From positions 1-52,396 of the forward strand of contig JACPNY010000025.1 of the NCBI GenBank assembly GCA_016185255.1: 52,396 nt of DNA, read 5' to 3'. This DNA comes from Pseudomonadota bacterium (GTDB taxonomy: Bacteria > Pseudomonadota > Alphaproteobacteria > UBA9655). The position numbers and the translations under genes were made by a program. The notes under the pieces are model-generated. The model had not been told where the DNA came from. It did not search any database and saw nothing but the letters and a program-made list of their open reading frames with translations. Each line of letters opens with the position of its first letter. Position 1 is the first letter of the stretch. This document shows positions 36,260-45,584 of the stretch, piece by piece.

Positions 36260-36650
36260 CGTAGGGCGTAAAACCATGGGCGTGAGCCCATGGCTGAAGT
36301 AATCCCCGAATTTTTTTTTCCGTGTTATAAGCTATGAGGTATGAAGTATCGGAAACAAAGCCACTGTGTGTATTACTGCGAATACCATATGGTATTCGCA
36401 ACGAAGTATCGTCGGGAAATATTCAACGATGGGATATTCGAATATATGAAAGAAAATTTCCATTTTTAAAAGACGTCTATTGGGGAACGGACGGGATATG
36501 GTCAGACGGATATTTTGTTTCCACAGTAGGAATTAATGAAGAAGTGATAAAGAAGTATATAGAGCAGCAAGGAAAAGAAGATTCGGGGCAAGCGCAGCTT
36601 GTACTCGGCCTTTAGGCCGACAAGATACCACGGGCGTAAGCCCGTGGAGG
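36260..36650 (+). mobile_element. IS200/IS605-family element remnant (tnpA internally deleted/frameshifted) with both end hairpins
   Basis: MKYRKQSHCVYYCEYHMVFATKYRREIF (36341-36469) then a stop. The C-terminal piece WSDGYFVSTVGINEEVIKKYIEQQ is in another frame. End hairpins are CCATGGGCGTGAGCCCATGG (36274-36293) and CCACGGGCGTAAGCCCGTGG (36628-36647). Confidence 0.75.
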
Positions 36651-36799
36651 TTCACTGATAAAATGTTGTATTAAGGGCAAAAGATTTTTGGTTGCTAGTG
36701 TCAGAGGGGATAAGACACCATCATCAACAAGAGTGATCTTGAATATTCTTGAAAAAGAGACTATATTAAAGATGTCAGGGAAACCTTGACTATAGTGAT

Positions 36800-37105
36800 A
36801 AACGTCTTTCAGAATAGGCGTTGCGGACCCGGGGGCGGAACCCGGCACCTCCACCATCAGTATTATGGGGGTGAATCAGGATCGACGTGCGTAGTAAAGG
36901 GTAGATTTTCACTCGGCATGGTACCACCGTTATCGGGCTAAACAATGTAAATGCAAAAGCAAATACATATGATCGTATGGTAGCTAAGTTTGCAAACGTA
37001 GACCACGCTAACTTCAATGGGATCCAGGTTGCTGCGTCTGCAGCTGCTTAATCCTGTAAGCGATCGCGGTTTGAGGGGCGCCGGGCAACAGAAGCCCCTC
37101 ACTGG
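36800..37105 (+). ncRNA. ssrA: Two-piece (circularly permuted) tmRNA gene; outer boundaries approximate
   Basis: The acceptor piece has a T-arm (CCGGG GGCGGAA CCCGG) followed by CACCTCC-A-CCA, ending at 36855. The coding piece starts GGGGGTGAATCAGGATCGACG at 36866. Acceptor pairing includes G3:U70. The tag frame ends ...VAASAAA TAA at 37048-37050. Confidence 0.8.
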
Positions 37106-37154
37106 TTTTGGCAAAAGAAGGAAGATACCATTGGGCGGATTCAATTACGAAGAA

Positions 37155-37577
37155 ATGGTTCAAGAAGGCTTAAGGAGTGTCGTCCGCGAAACCCTTGAGA
37201 TAACAGCCCTTGAAGGCCTTCCTGGAGCGCATCATTTTTATATCGCCTTTAAAACAGATTATCCTGGCGTCCAGCTTCCAGAGTATTTGAGGGAACGCCA
37301 TCCCGAAGAAATGACAATCGTTGTTCAGCATCAATATTGGGGACTTGAAGTGGATGAAAATGGTTTTTTCATCAGCCTTAGTTTTAGCGAATCCCAAGAA
37401 CGTATTTATGTGCCCTTCCATGCTCTTTTAAGCTTTATGGACCCTTATGCAAAGTTTGGCCTTCAATTTGTGCCGCCGCCTGTGTTTGAATTGGAAGAAA
37501 CACCCGTCCAGAAGCTTCCCTCTTCTTCGGATGCGACAGGAAACATTGTGTCTCTGGATACCTTTCGGAAGAAGTAG
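37155..37577 (+). CDS. sspB: Alpha-type SspB (ClpXP adaptor for ssrA-tagged proteins)
   Basis: GLPGAHHFYIAFKTDYPGVQLP...EEMTIVVQHQYWGLEVDENGFFISLSF...VPFHALLSFMDPYAKFGLQF. The upstream part of the track ORF (37017-) overlaps ssrA and is not coding. Confidence 0.8.
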   Translation: MVQEGLRSVVRETLEITALEGLPGAHHFYIAFKTDYPGVQLPEYLRERHPEEMTIVVQHQYWGLEVDENGFFISLSFSESQERIYVPFHALLSFMDPYAKFGLQFVPPPVFELEETPVQKLPSSSDATGNIVSLDTFRKK

Positions 37578-37627
37578 GGCGTGCTCTTCTGGTTAACACT
37601 GAGTTTGAGTAAAATTAGAATTTTCTT

Positions 37628-37870
37628 TCATCGACTAGGTTTGCACGCACTCATGTTGGGGGGAGGAGCGTCTGTTTTGCAGCCCCCAATACTCTCTACA
37701 CACCTACCCCAATCATTATAACAATTTAATGGATAAAAATTACCCTGGCAACAGGCTGTCCATTGTTGTAAGCACGAGGCACACGTCGTCACTTGTGCAT
37801 AAACATCAAGGATGCACATGCACTTAAGGATGATAAAAAAAACAACGCTTTTGAGAAATTTCTTAGGCAT
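37628..37870 (-). CDS. Small Cys-rich secreted hypothetical protein
   Basis: Signal peptide, then about 10 Cys in about 55 mature residues. Confidence 0.5.
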   Translation of the reverse strand: MPKKFLKSVVFFIILKCMCILDVYAQVTTCASCLQQWTACCQGNFYPLNCYNDWGRCVESIGGCKTDAPPPNMSACKPSR

Positions 37871-38127
37871 ATTATCCCTCTTTCCGTTTTATAAGTTCAA
37901 TTTTCTCATAATAAATATGTAATAATAATTAATATATTGTTAATGAAATCAGAATGTGTGCAAAAACAGGGAATCTTACTCCTCAGCTGTATCTGATGTT
38001 TCTTAGTTGACTCAATAACAATCACGTCTCAAACCTGTTCGGAAAGTGTGTTTGGCCAAAAATTAAGAAAAAGTTCATCTCTTTTTGTTAGAATTGTATA
38101 AACAAACACTAACCTTAGGAGAGTTTT

Positions 38128-38319
38128 ATGGAAGAAAAAAGAAAGGTCATCGATTGTCGGTGGTTTCCCAGTGCGAATAAGTGCACCCTTGCAATCTCCG
38201 GTAGAGAAGAAGAAGTTATTAAAACCGCTGTGGACCATGCCGTTAAAATGCATGGCGAAAAAGATACCCCTGAGCTTCGTAATGAACTACGTCATCTTTT
38301 GAAAGAGGCAAAAGATTAA
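38128..38319 (+). CDS. DUF1059-family small protein
   Basis: KVIDCRWFPSANKCTLAISGREEEVIKTAVDHAVKMHG pattern. Confidence 0.72.
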   Translation: MEEKRKVIDCRWFPSANKCTLAISGREEEVIKTAVDHAVKMHGEKDTPELRNELRHLLKEAKD

Positions 38320-38951
38320 GATCCCTCTTCTTCTACCATCTCTGCGATAGTCTCTCGTAAAACAGCTATTCCCTCTTGAGTATGAGAACTGGTTATCAAG
38401 GGTGTAGGAAAGGCGGCGGGATGTTTTTTCAGAGCTGCGGTCAAAGACTCAACAAGAGTTTCAAGAGATGCAGGAGAAACCTTATCTCCTTTGGTGAGCA
38501 CAATTTGGTAAGAGACGGCGGCTTTATCGAGCAACTCCATAACCACAAGGTCCGGTGGCTTAAAGCCGTGGCGACTATCAATCAAGAGGAAGGCGCGCTT
38601 TAAGGGAACCCGGCCCCTTAAATAATCTTGAATAAGCTGAGAGAATATTTTTATTTTAGCTTTTGAAACAGCTGCATAGCCATAGCCGGGCATATCAACA
38701 ATATAAAATCGTTTGCCTAAGAGAAAAAAGTTAAGTTGTTGAGTGCGCCCTGGTGTATGAGATACGCGTGCTAGGCTTTTTCGTCCCAAAAGGGCATTGA
38801 TAAGACTAGATTTTCCCACATTTGAGCGGCCTGCAAAGGCAATCTCGGGCAGAGAAGGATCGGGGAGGGACTCAACCTTATCTGCGCCTGTTACAAAGGT
38901 GCACTCTTGTGCAAAAAGCCAGCGGGGAAAATCCTCAGGCTTTGGCGGCAT
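38316..38951 (-). CDS. engB: Ribosome-biogenesis GTPase EngB/YsxC
   Basis: GRSNVGKSSLINAL (G1), DMPGYG (G3), TKGDK (G4). Confidence 0.9.
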   Translation of the reverse strand: MPPKPEDFPRWLFAQECTFVTGADKVESLPDPSLPEIAFAGRSNVGKSSLINALLGRKSLARVSHTPGRTQQLNFFLLGKRFYIVDMPGYGYAAVSKAKIKIFSQLIQDYLRGRVPLKRAFLLIDSRHGFKPPDLVVMELLDKAAVSYQIVLTKGDKVSPASLETLVESLTAALKKHPAAFPTPLITSSHTQEGIAVLRETIAEMVEEEGS

Positions 38952-40629
38952 TCTTTTTTACCTTTTTCTTGTTTGCGCGCTTCATGATGACCCATTGTTG
39001 TCCTATGGAAAGGATATTGTTCCAGGTCCAGTAAATAACCAACCCTGCGGGGAATTGCGCCAAAAGATAAGTAAAGAAAATCGGCATCAAGAGAAACATC
39101 TTTGCTTGTGTAGGATCCGCAGGAGGAGGGCTCATCTTTTGTTGCAAGAACATAGTGCCCCCCATAATTAACGGCCAAGCTCCAAGCATAAGGAAGGAGG
39201 GAGGATCCCATGGAATTAAGCCAAAAAGGTTGAAAACACTCGTTGGATCAGGAGCGGAGAGATCATGAATCCAGCCATAAAAAGGAGCTTGCCGCATTTC
39301 AATGCTGACAAATAAAACCTTATAAAGAGCAAAGAATACGGGGATTTGAATAATCATCGGCAAGCATCCGGCCATGGGATTAACTTTTTCGCGCTTATAA
39401 AGTTCCATGACTTTTTCATTCATTTTTAAGCGGTCATCTGCGTACCGCTCTCGAATTTTCTCAATGTCTGGCTGGAGTTCTTTCATTTTTCCCATAGACG
39501 CATAGGACTTATTCGCAAGGGGCAAGAAGGCGAGTTTTAAGATAACTGTGAGTGCTAAGATGGCAAGGCCGAAGTTCCCTAAAAGGCCTTTAAGAAACTC
39601 AAGCGCATAAAAAATGGGTTTTGTGAGAAAGTAAAACCAGCCAAAGTCAACGGCTAAGTCAAAATGATTAATCCCAAGAGTTTCTTCATACCCATCCAGC
39701 AGGCTTAAAACCTTGGCACCAGCAAAGAAATGATTTGTGACTTCAAGGCTTTTCCCCGGGGCAAGAGACAGGGGATCTCGATGATAATGGGCTGTAATAA
39801 GGGTTGCCTCTCCCGTTCCTTGACGCGTGTAGGCAGAGGTAATTGTCGCTTCAGGATCGGGAATAAGGGAGACAAGCCAATATTTGTCTGTAAGCCCTAG
39901 CCAACCCTTTGCTTCTGGATTTTGAAGAGTGCCCGTTTTAGAAATATCGTCATAACTTGGGTCATTAAGTTTTCCATCAAAAACCCCAACGGGACCTTCA
40001 TGGAGTATAAAAAATCCTGAAGACTTTGGGTCTCCCTGGCGAGCGAGAGTCCCTTGGGGAGTAAGAGACACGTTAACAGCACCTGAGTTCGTCACCTTTT
40101 GGGTAATTGTAAACATATAATGTTCATCAACAGAAATAACTTGCTGAAACAAAAAACCCTGACCGTTGTCCCAGGTGAGTGTGATAGGCGTTTGCTGAGT
40201 TAACTGCAACCCATTCGTGTTCCATACAGTTTTTTCCGTAGGCAGTGCTATGCCCGGACTTTCCACCCACCCAAAGGAGGCGTAATAGCCGTGAGGTGTT
40301 GTGGAAGGGGAAAGAAGGACTATTTCTGGACTTTTTGGATTTACCGTCTCATGATATTGCGTCAATGTTAAATCATCAAAAAGAGCTCCCTCAAGATTAA
40401 GCGATCCGCGGACGCTGTTGTTTTTAATAGATATGCGCTGGGGAGTAGACGTTAGCGCTTCATCGCGGGTTACTTTTTGAGTGGGCTGAGGAGTGGGAAT
40501 TTGCTGCGTTGTTTGAGGGGAGGGCACCTCGTGCTTTTTTTCAGGAGAAGAAGGCACAAGATACTGGAACCCTAGCAAAATGGCAAAGCAGAGGAAAATG
40601 GCAATAAAGAAGTTTTTTTGGTCGTTCAT
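38935..40629 (-). CDS. yidC: Membrane protein insertase YidC
   Basis: Large periplasmic domain plus the conserved C-terminal TM core ([16 protein letters not shown]). Confidence 0.93.
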   Translation of the reverse strand: MNDQKNFFIAIFLCFAILLGFQYLVPSSPEKKHEVPSPQTTQQIPTPQPTQKVTRDEALTSTPQRISIKNNSVRGSLNLEGALFDDLTLTQYHETVNPKSPEIVLLSPSTTPHGYYASFGWVESPGIALPTEKTVWNTNGLQLTQQTPITLTWDNGQGFLFQQVISVDEHYMFTITQKVTNSGAVNVSLTPQGTLARQGDPKSSGFFILHEGPVGVFDGKLNDPSYDDISKTGTLQNPEAKGWLGLTDKYWLVSLIPDPEATITSAYTRQGTGEATLITAHYHRDPLSLAPGKSLEVTNHFFAGAKVLSLLDGYEETLGINHFDLAVDFGWFYFLTKPIFYALEFLKGLLGNFGLAILALTVILKLAFLPLANKSYASMGKMKELQPDIEKIRERYADDRLKMNEKVMELYKREKVNPMAGCLPMIIQIPVFFALYKVLFVSIEMRQAPFYGWIHDLSAPDPTSVFNLFGLIPWDPPSFLMLGAWPLIMGGTMFLQQKMSPPPADPTQAKMFLLMPIFFTYLLAQFPAGLVIYWTWNNILSIGQQWVIMKRANKKKVKKNAAKA

Positions 40630-40859
40630 GGTTCGTCTTCCCTAACCGGATCAAAGCCGTGTCCTCCCCAGGGATGACAGCGACAAAGTCTTTTTAAAGC
40701 TAAAATACTCCCCTTATAAGGACCATAACGATTAAGGGCGTCAAGAGCATACTCGGAACAAGTAGGCAAAAATCGGCACCGAGGACGGAGCAAAGGGGAA
40801 ATAACTCCGCGGTAAAAATAAACAAGAGATTTTAAAAAAAAGTGAAGCAAGGTTTTCAT
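40626..40859 (-). CDS. yidD: Membrane protein insertion efficiency factor YidD
   Basis: [23 protein letters not shown]...[16 protein letters not shown] overlaps on both sides. Confidence 0.88.
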   Translation of the reverse strand: MKTLLHFFLKSLVYFYRGVISPLLRPRCRFLPTCSEYALDALNRYGPYKGSILALKRLCRCHPWGGHGFDPVREDEP

Positions 40860-41206
40860 GAGCGCCTCTGTAGGCGTAATAAGCCCTCTTCTAGCTCTTG
40901 AGCCATACACGCAAAAGTTCTCCGTAAAATTTCTTCTCGAGCAATAAGGACATAATCTGTCCCGGGGCATGCGTGCAAAGGCAAAATCTGTCTTATAAGA
41001 GCTCGGAGACGTCTTTTGGCGCGATTTCGTTCCACAGCACCCCCGATCTTTCGGCTGGCTGTAATTCCATAGCGCGCGCTTCCTTCAAGAGCTCGTCTGC
41101 AGACTTGGATAACAAAAGCAGGAGTTACCCATCGATCTCCTGTCTTTGCAACGGCTAAAAATTCTGAACGTTTTTTGAGTCGTTCCAAGGGAGGGTTATT
41201 ATGCAC
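40856..41206 (-). CDS. rnpA: RNase P protein component
   Basis: [11 protein letters not shown] ... [22 protein letters not shown] (RNR motif). Confidence 0.88.
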   Translation of the reverse strand: MHNNPPLERLKKRSEFLAVAKTGDRWVTPAFVIQVCRRALEGSARYGITASRKIGGAVERNRAKRRLRALIRQILPLHACPGTDYVLIAREEILRRTFACMAQELEEGLLRLQRRS

Positions 41207-41333
41207 TCAGACGTGCGCGGCCTTTTGCTCTTCGCCGCGCAATGATTTTGCGACCTCCAACGGTTGCCATGCGGGCGCGGAAGCCATGACGACGCTTGCG
41301 AATAAGAATACTGGGTTGAAAAGTGCGCTTCAC
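41199..41333 (-). CDS. rpmH: 50S ribosomal protein L34 (absent from the ORF track, 44 aa, GTG start)
   Basis: Translation is (M)[52 protein letters not shown] upstream. Confidence 0.9.
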   Translation of the reverse strand: MKRTFQPSILIRKRRHGFRARMATVGGRKIIARRRAKGRARLSA

Positions 41334-41488
41334 GTTCCTATCTCCTACTTATAAATACTTTGTGCTGTATACGCTGAGAAAGAGGGTAAAGTCAAGAATA
41401 CTCCTTCTCAAGGTGATGAAAGTTATATAACGTACTTCTGTCATTGTAGATTTAGGTCAGTAATGGAAATAAATTGAGAGGGAACAAA

Positions 41489-42697
41489 ATGAAAGAGTTT
41501 GGTCTGATTATAAAATTGGTGCTTTCTATTGTCTTTATTATGTTGTTTGGTGATGGGATTCCTGAGTGGATGCAGCGTGCCTTTTTTACCCTTAGCATTT
41601 TCATGAAAGAGACCCTGATTTTCTGTATGCCCCTTATTGTTTTTGCTTTTATTTTTTCCTGTCTTTCTTCTTTTCAAAAGAAGGCGCCTCTCTTGATTGT
41701 TATGATCTTAAGTTTTGTGGTTGCCTCAAATTTTCTCTTTACCCAGGTTGGTTACCTCTCAGGAGATATAGGATTACCTTACCTAGGTTATCATGCGGCT
41801 AATGCAGTTCAGCAAACTGCCTCTACTTTGCCCCAGCTTACGCCTTTTTTTACCGTTCCTTACCCCCGCCTCATAAGCACAGATATAGCGCTTCTTGTCG
41901 GGACACTTGCAGGGCTTTATGGAGCTTTTTGGGGAAATGACAGACTTGTTGCTTGGGGAGATGTGCTTAAAAACAAGGTGCAGGGAGCATTAACGAAAGT
42001 TTTTATCCCGCTTGTCCCTCTTTATGTCATTGGATTTTTATTAAAAATTCACCATGACGAGTCCCTTGTGGAAATGTTTACGGGGTATGGGCCAATGATT
42101 GGCTTGATTGTTGTCATGCAAGTGATATCAATGCTCTTCTTTTACTTTAAGGCCAATTTGGGAAATATAAAGCATGTCAAAAATTCTTTGAAAAATGTCT
42201 TCCCCTCTGGACTTGTTGCTATGTCAACCATGTCCAGTGCGGCCACTCTGCCGCTTACCTTAGAAGCAGCTGAGAAAAACACAAAAAACAAAGCCGTGGC
42301 TCAGTTTGTTATCCCCGCAACAGTTAACATCCATCACGTTGGAGATTCGGTGGCTGTTCCTCTTTTAATCGCAGCTGTCTATGCAATTAATGGATTTGAT
42401 CCTATGAGTTATTCCACTTTCCTTTTGTTTTCTATGTATTACATGGTTGCAAAATTCGCGGTGGCCTCTGTTCCTGGAGGAGAGATCATTGTTTTGCTCC
42501 CTATTTTAGAAAGTCATTTTGGATTTACGGATTCCATGTGCGGTCTTATCACCACCCTTTACATTTTATGTGATCCGTTCATAACAACAACAAACGTTCT
42601 TTCTAATGGAGCTTTGGCCATTTTGATGGACAAGGTATGTGGTCGTATCAAAGCTTTTAAAGAGCCCAAAAGTGCAGTGCAAGACGCTAGCTTATGA
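41489..42697 (+). CDS. Dicarboxylate/amino acid:cation symporter (DAACS family)
   Basis: Multi-TM protein with the MSSAATLP motif. Start chosen at MKEFGLI. Confidence 0.85.
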   Translation: MKEFGLIIKLVLSIVFIMLFGDGIPEWMQRAFFTLSIFMKETLIFCMPLIVFAFIFSCLSSFQKKAPLLIVMILSFVVASNFLFTQVGYLSGDIGLPYLGYHAANAVQQTASTLPQLTPFFTVPYPRLISTDIALLVGTLAGLYGAFWGNDRLVAWGDVLKNKVQGALTKVFIPLVPLYVIGFLLKIHHDESLVEMFTGYGPMIGLIVVMQVISMLFFYFKANLGNIKHVKNSLKNVFPSGLVAMSTMSSAATLPLTLEAAEKNTKNKAVAQFVIPATVNIHHVGDSVAVPLLIAAVYAINGFDPMSYSTFLLFSMYYMVAKFAVASVPGGEIIVLLPILESHFGFTDSMCGLITTLYILCDPFITTTNVLSNGALAILMDKVCGRIKAFKEPKSAVQDASL

Positions 42698-43590
42698 GTG
42701 CAACCCAAGTCGCTATTCTGAACCGAGGAGTTTCGCCAAAGCTCATAGGGGCAGCCTTTATGTTGCTCTGGGCGTTCAGCTTCAGCACAGCTATGGCTTT
42801 TGCAAAAACTCTCTCTCCGGATGTAAATAGCCTTATCATTTTATTTATGCGCTATTTCTTTGGGTTGATTTTTTTCAGTCCTTTTGTCATGTCAGCAGGT
42901 ATCAAAGGCTTCATCACATCACGCCCTCTCCTCCATATAACGCGGGTTATATGCGTAGGAATTGCTATGGCATGTACTTATTATGCCTACCGTAATTTAC
43001 CCCTTGCGCTTGCCACTTCCATTGGAATGACGGGACCGCTCTTTACAACTGTCCTGTCAATGCTGCTTTTAAAGGACTCTATCTCTCTTCCAAAGTGGGG
43101 CTTGATTTTATTTGGATATTTGGGAGTTATTGTCATGGTTCGTCCCGATGAAATGTCCGTAGGAGTTGGGGTGTGGGTTGAGCTCTTAGCAAATCTTTTC
43201 GCGGCCTTCTCCATCATTTGTGTAAAACTTCTGTCGCGCACGGAGAGTACCCTTACCATTATGCTTTATGCCAATACGGTGACTACGTTTATTGCAGGGA
43301 TATTGGCGCTCAGCGTTTGGGAGACACCGTCTTCCTATGACCTGATGGCGCTGGGGGTGATTGGGGGCGTGGGCGTTTTTTCTCAATACTGTTCTGTGAC
43401 GGCATTAAGATATGCAAACCCTTCTTATCTTGCGCCGTTTGAATATACACGGATGTGTTTTGCCATTCCTGTGGGCTATCTTGTTTTTGGAGAAGTTCCT
43501 ACCTTTTGGATAATTTTGGGGAGCTTTATGATTATTGGAGCAACTTATGGCTTGACACGATTAGAACTTAGAACAAGTCCACATCCATAA
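42694..43590 (+). CDS. EamA/DMT-family transporter
   Basis: Ten predicted TM segments forming two EamA halves. ATGA overlap with the upstream gene. Confidence 0.85.
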   Translation: MSATQVAILNRGVSPKLIGAAFMLLWAFSFSTAMAFAKTLSPDVNSLIILFMRYFFGLIFFSPFVMSAGIKGFITSRPLLHITRVICVGIAMACTYYAYRNLPLALATSIGMTGPLFTTVLSMLLLKDSISLPKWGLILFGYLGVIVMVRPDEMSVGVGVWVELLANLFAAFSIICVKLLSRTESTLTIMLYANTVTTFIAGILALSVWETPSSYDLMALGVIGGVGVFSQYCSVTALRYANPSYLAPFEYTRMCFAIPVGYLVFGEVPTFWIILGSFMIIGATYGLTRLELRTSPHP

Positions 43591-43828
43591 CAGGGTTAAG
43601 GGCGATCTCAAGAGCGGGGCTCTCTCGATAGGCTTCGTGAGGCTTTCCACTCTCGCAGCTGGCTTTGCAGGCCATAAGTTCAGGCTCACACGAATTAAAG
43701 GTATGCGACTTTCTGTCATTGCAGCTTGCTTTTGATAGAAAGCACTTTTCATGACAAGGAGAATACTCTCTGGCATAAGAAGCTGAAATACACATCAAAG
43801 CCGCAATGGGCATCCATAAAAATTTCAT
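43568..43828 (-). CDS. Small Cys-rich secreted hypothetical protein
   Basis: Signal peptide MKFLWMPIAALMCISASYA, then 7 Cys in the mature part. Confidence 0.5.
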   Translation of the reverse strand: MKFLWMPIAALMCISASYAREYSPCHEKCFLSKASCNDRKSHTFNSCEPELMACKASCESGKPHEAYRESPALEIALNPVMDVDLF

Positions 43829-43953
43829 GAGTCTCTTCCTTTAAATGACGCGTGTTTCTATGAGGGATATCAGAAAAAGGTTAAGATTTTACAAACACGG
43901 ATCTGGAAGAGGGTTGATTCAGGAGAAGAGTTCAGGTACAAGGCAAGCTATAA

Positions 43954-44029
43954 GTCCCCTTCGTCTAGAGGCCTAGGACACCGCCCTCTCACGGCGGCAA
44001 CACGGGTTCGAATCCCGTAGGGGACGCCA
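43954..44029 (+). tRNA. tRNA-Glu (anticodon CUC), CCA encoded
   Basis: Cloverleaf: acceptor GTCCCCT/AGGGGAC, anticodon stem CCGCC/GGCGG with loop CT-CTC-AC, T-arm ACGGG TTCGAAT CCCGT. Confidence 0.93.
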
Positions 44030-44054
44030 TTTTAGTCATTAGACGTATCCCTTC

Positions 44055-44495
44055 ATGCCGTCACTTGCCATCAAAATAAATGTTTCCCTAGAAGATCAAG
44101 AAAAGATCAGGCGTCTTCTTGAGAGTGTGGGAGAGGCGCGTAAACACCCAAAGTTTCACTGTACGGTTGGGTTTATTGAAAAAATCACTTCAGAAAATGA
44201 GGCGACAGCTTTGGGAGAAAAAATCACCACGGCTTTACAAGACCATATTGATCCCCATTTTCCTCTCTACGAAGTTGAAAAAGCAACCCACCTTTTTGGT
44301 CATGTCATCGTGTTTGAGCCAACGCCTCAAGCAGCACAACACTTAAAGGAAATAAATCGTTGGCTTTTTAAGAAGGTGGAGGAGTTATCGAACGGTTCTT
44401 TCCACTTGAATGAGAATACTGAGCCTCAAAACTACACGCCGCATATGACGCTTTGGCGGGCTCGACATCCTGATAAAAGGTTGAAAAAATACTAG
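44055..44495 (+). CDS. 2H phosphoesterase superfamily protein (LigT-like)
   Basis: Two H-x-T-x motifs: FHCTVGF and PHMTLWR. Confidence 0.68.
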   Translation: MPSLAIKINVSLEDQEKIRRLLESVGEARKHPKFHCTVGFIEKITSENEATALGEKITTALQDHIDPHFPLYEVEKATHLFGHVIVFEPTPQAAQHLKEINRWLFKKVEELSNGSFHLNENTEPQNYTPHMTLWRARHPDKRLKKY

Positions 44496-44532
44496 TGTCA
44501 TTCCGGCTTTAGGCATTCTTATATCGAAATGG

Positions 44533-45504
44533 TTATTTATTGAACATGCTAAGAAGTTTTATGAAGTGTCCTCCGCGGTCTTTAAACCCAGGGAGTTCTT
44601 TTGCCTGACCCAATAATTGGATTAATTTATTCGTCCCAAGATCAGCCGTTTGATTTTCAACAGAGGGAAGTGAAACCCTTATCATATCTTCGAAATCTTG
44701 CTGTTGATCCTCATCAAAAATAAGGTGCAACGTTGCAATTGCTTGATTTGAGTATCCATCATTATAAGAAACAACTGACCAAAAACTTTGACCTATAACC
44801 TCAGAAAGACCAGAAAGACCAACAGGTTGAGGAGAAATGACTTGCATACACCCCCCAATATGTACACAGGGTTTCTGATGATCACCCGTGCATTCAGGAT
44901 GAATCACACTTTGGACACTTGAAACTGTGCTCATTGCACACTTCTCTTCATCTTTTATTTCCAGAGTTTGAGGAGACTCTTTGCGATCAATATAATAAAG
45001 CTTTACTTGTTGAGAATCACTATAAAGTACCCTAATTTTTGGATTTCTAATAGCAAAGTAGGCCCCTTTCTGGGGGGCTAAAGGATCAGTCCCATACTGT
45101 GGATAAAAGCCATGATGATACTCATCGAACTTTAGTGGGCAAGTTTGTCCCACTACAAAAATTTTAATCCCATTAGGCCCAACGTTATCCTCCTTGAATC
45201 CTTCCTGAATAGGAGAAGGGAGATTTGAAGCGTATGCGAGAGGAATATGCATAAAAAGAGAGGATGTCTGCAATATACTAGAATGATCCTTTGGCATATA
45301 GCTCTGAATTACTGGGGCTTTTGGCAAAACACCCCCGTAAAGATTAGAAAAACCTTTGTTTTGTTCATAAGCTCCATTTTTTGGATAGATTTGAACAGTT
45401 TTTTTATCAGCAATTACTTCCCAGTCTGAGTCATCCATAGAATGGACGGGGGTGAAGCTCATCATTGTTATGAGCACAAAAAGACTTAAAGATATTTTTT
45501 TCAT
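44533..45504 (-). CDS. Hypothetical secreted protein
   Basis: Signal peptide MKKISLSLFVLITMMSFTPVHS. No recognisable domain. Confidence 0.65.
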   Translation of the reverse strand: MKKISLSLFVLITMMSFTPVHSMDDSDWEVIADKKTVQIYPKNGAYEQNKGFSNLYGGVLPKAPVIQSYMPKDHSSILQTSSLFMHIPLAYASNLPSPIQEGFKEDNVGPNGIKIFVVGQTCPLKFDEYHHGFYPQYGTDPLAPQKGAYFAIRNPKIRVLYSDSQQVKLYYIDRKESPQTLEIKDEEKCAMSTVSSVQSVIHPECTGDHQKPCVHIGGCMQVISPQPVGLSGLSEVIGQSFWSVVSYNDGYSNQAIATLHLIFDEDQQQDFEDMIRVSLPSVENQTADLGTNKLIQLLGQAKELPGFKDRGGHFIKLLSMFNK

Positions 45505-45584
45505 AAAAGAAACCCCTCAAATCAAAATTAAAAAATCATCACTACAAGAGATGTAGGGTCAAATTTTATTTTGTCAAGATTAAA

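Noticed and set aside
36612-37144. Three minus-strand ORFs (36612-36857, 36790-37017, 36938-37144) and the first 46 codons of ORF 37017-37577
   Set aside because: They overlap the tmRNA gene (tRNA-like domain, tag frame). sspB homology begins only around the ATG at 37155.
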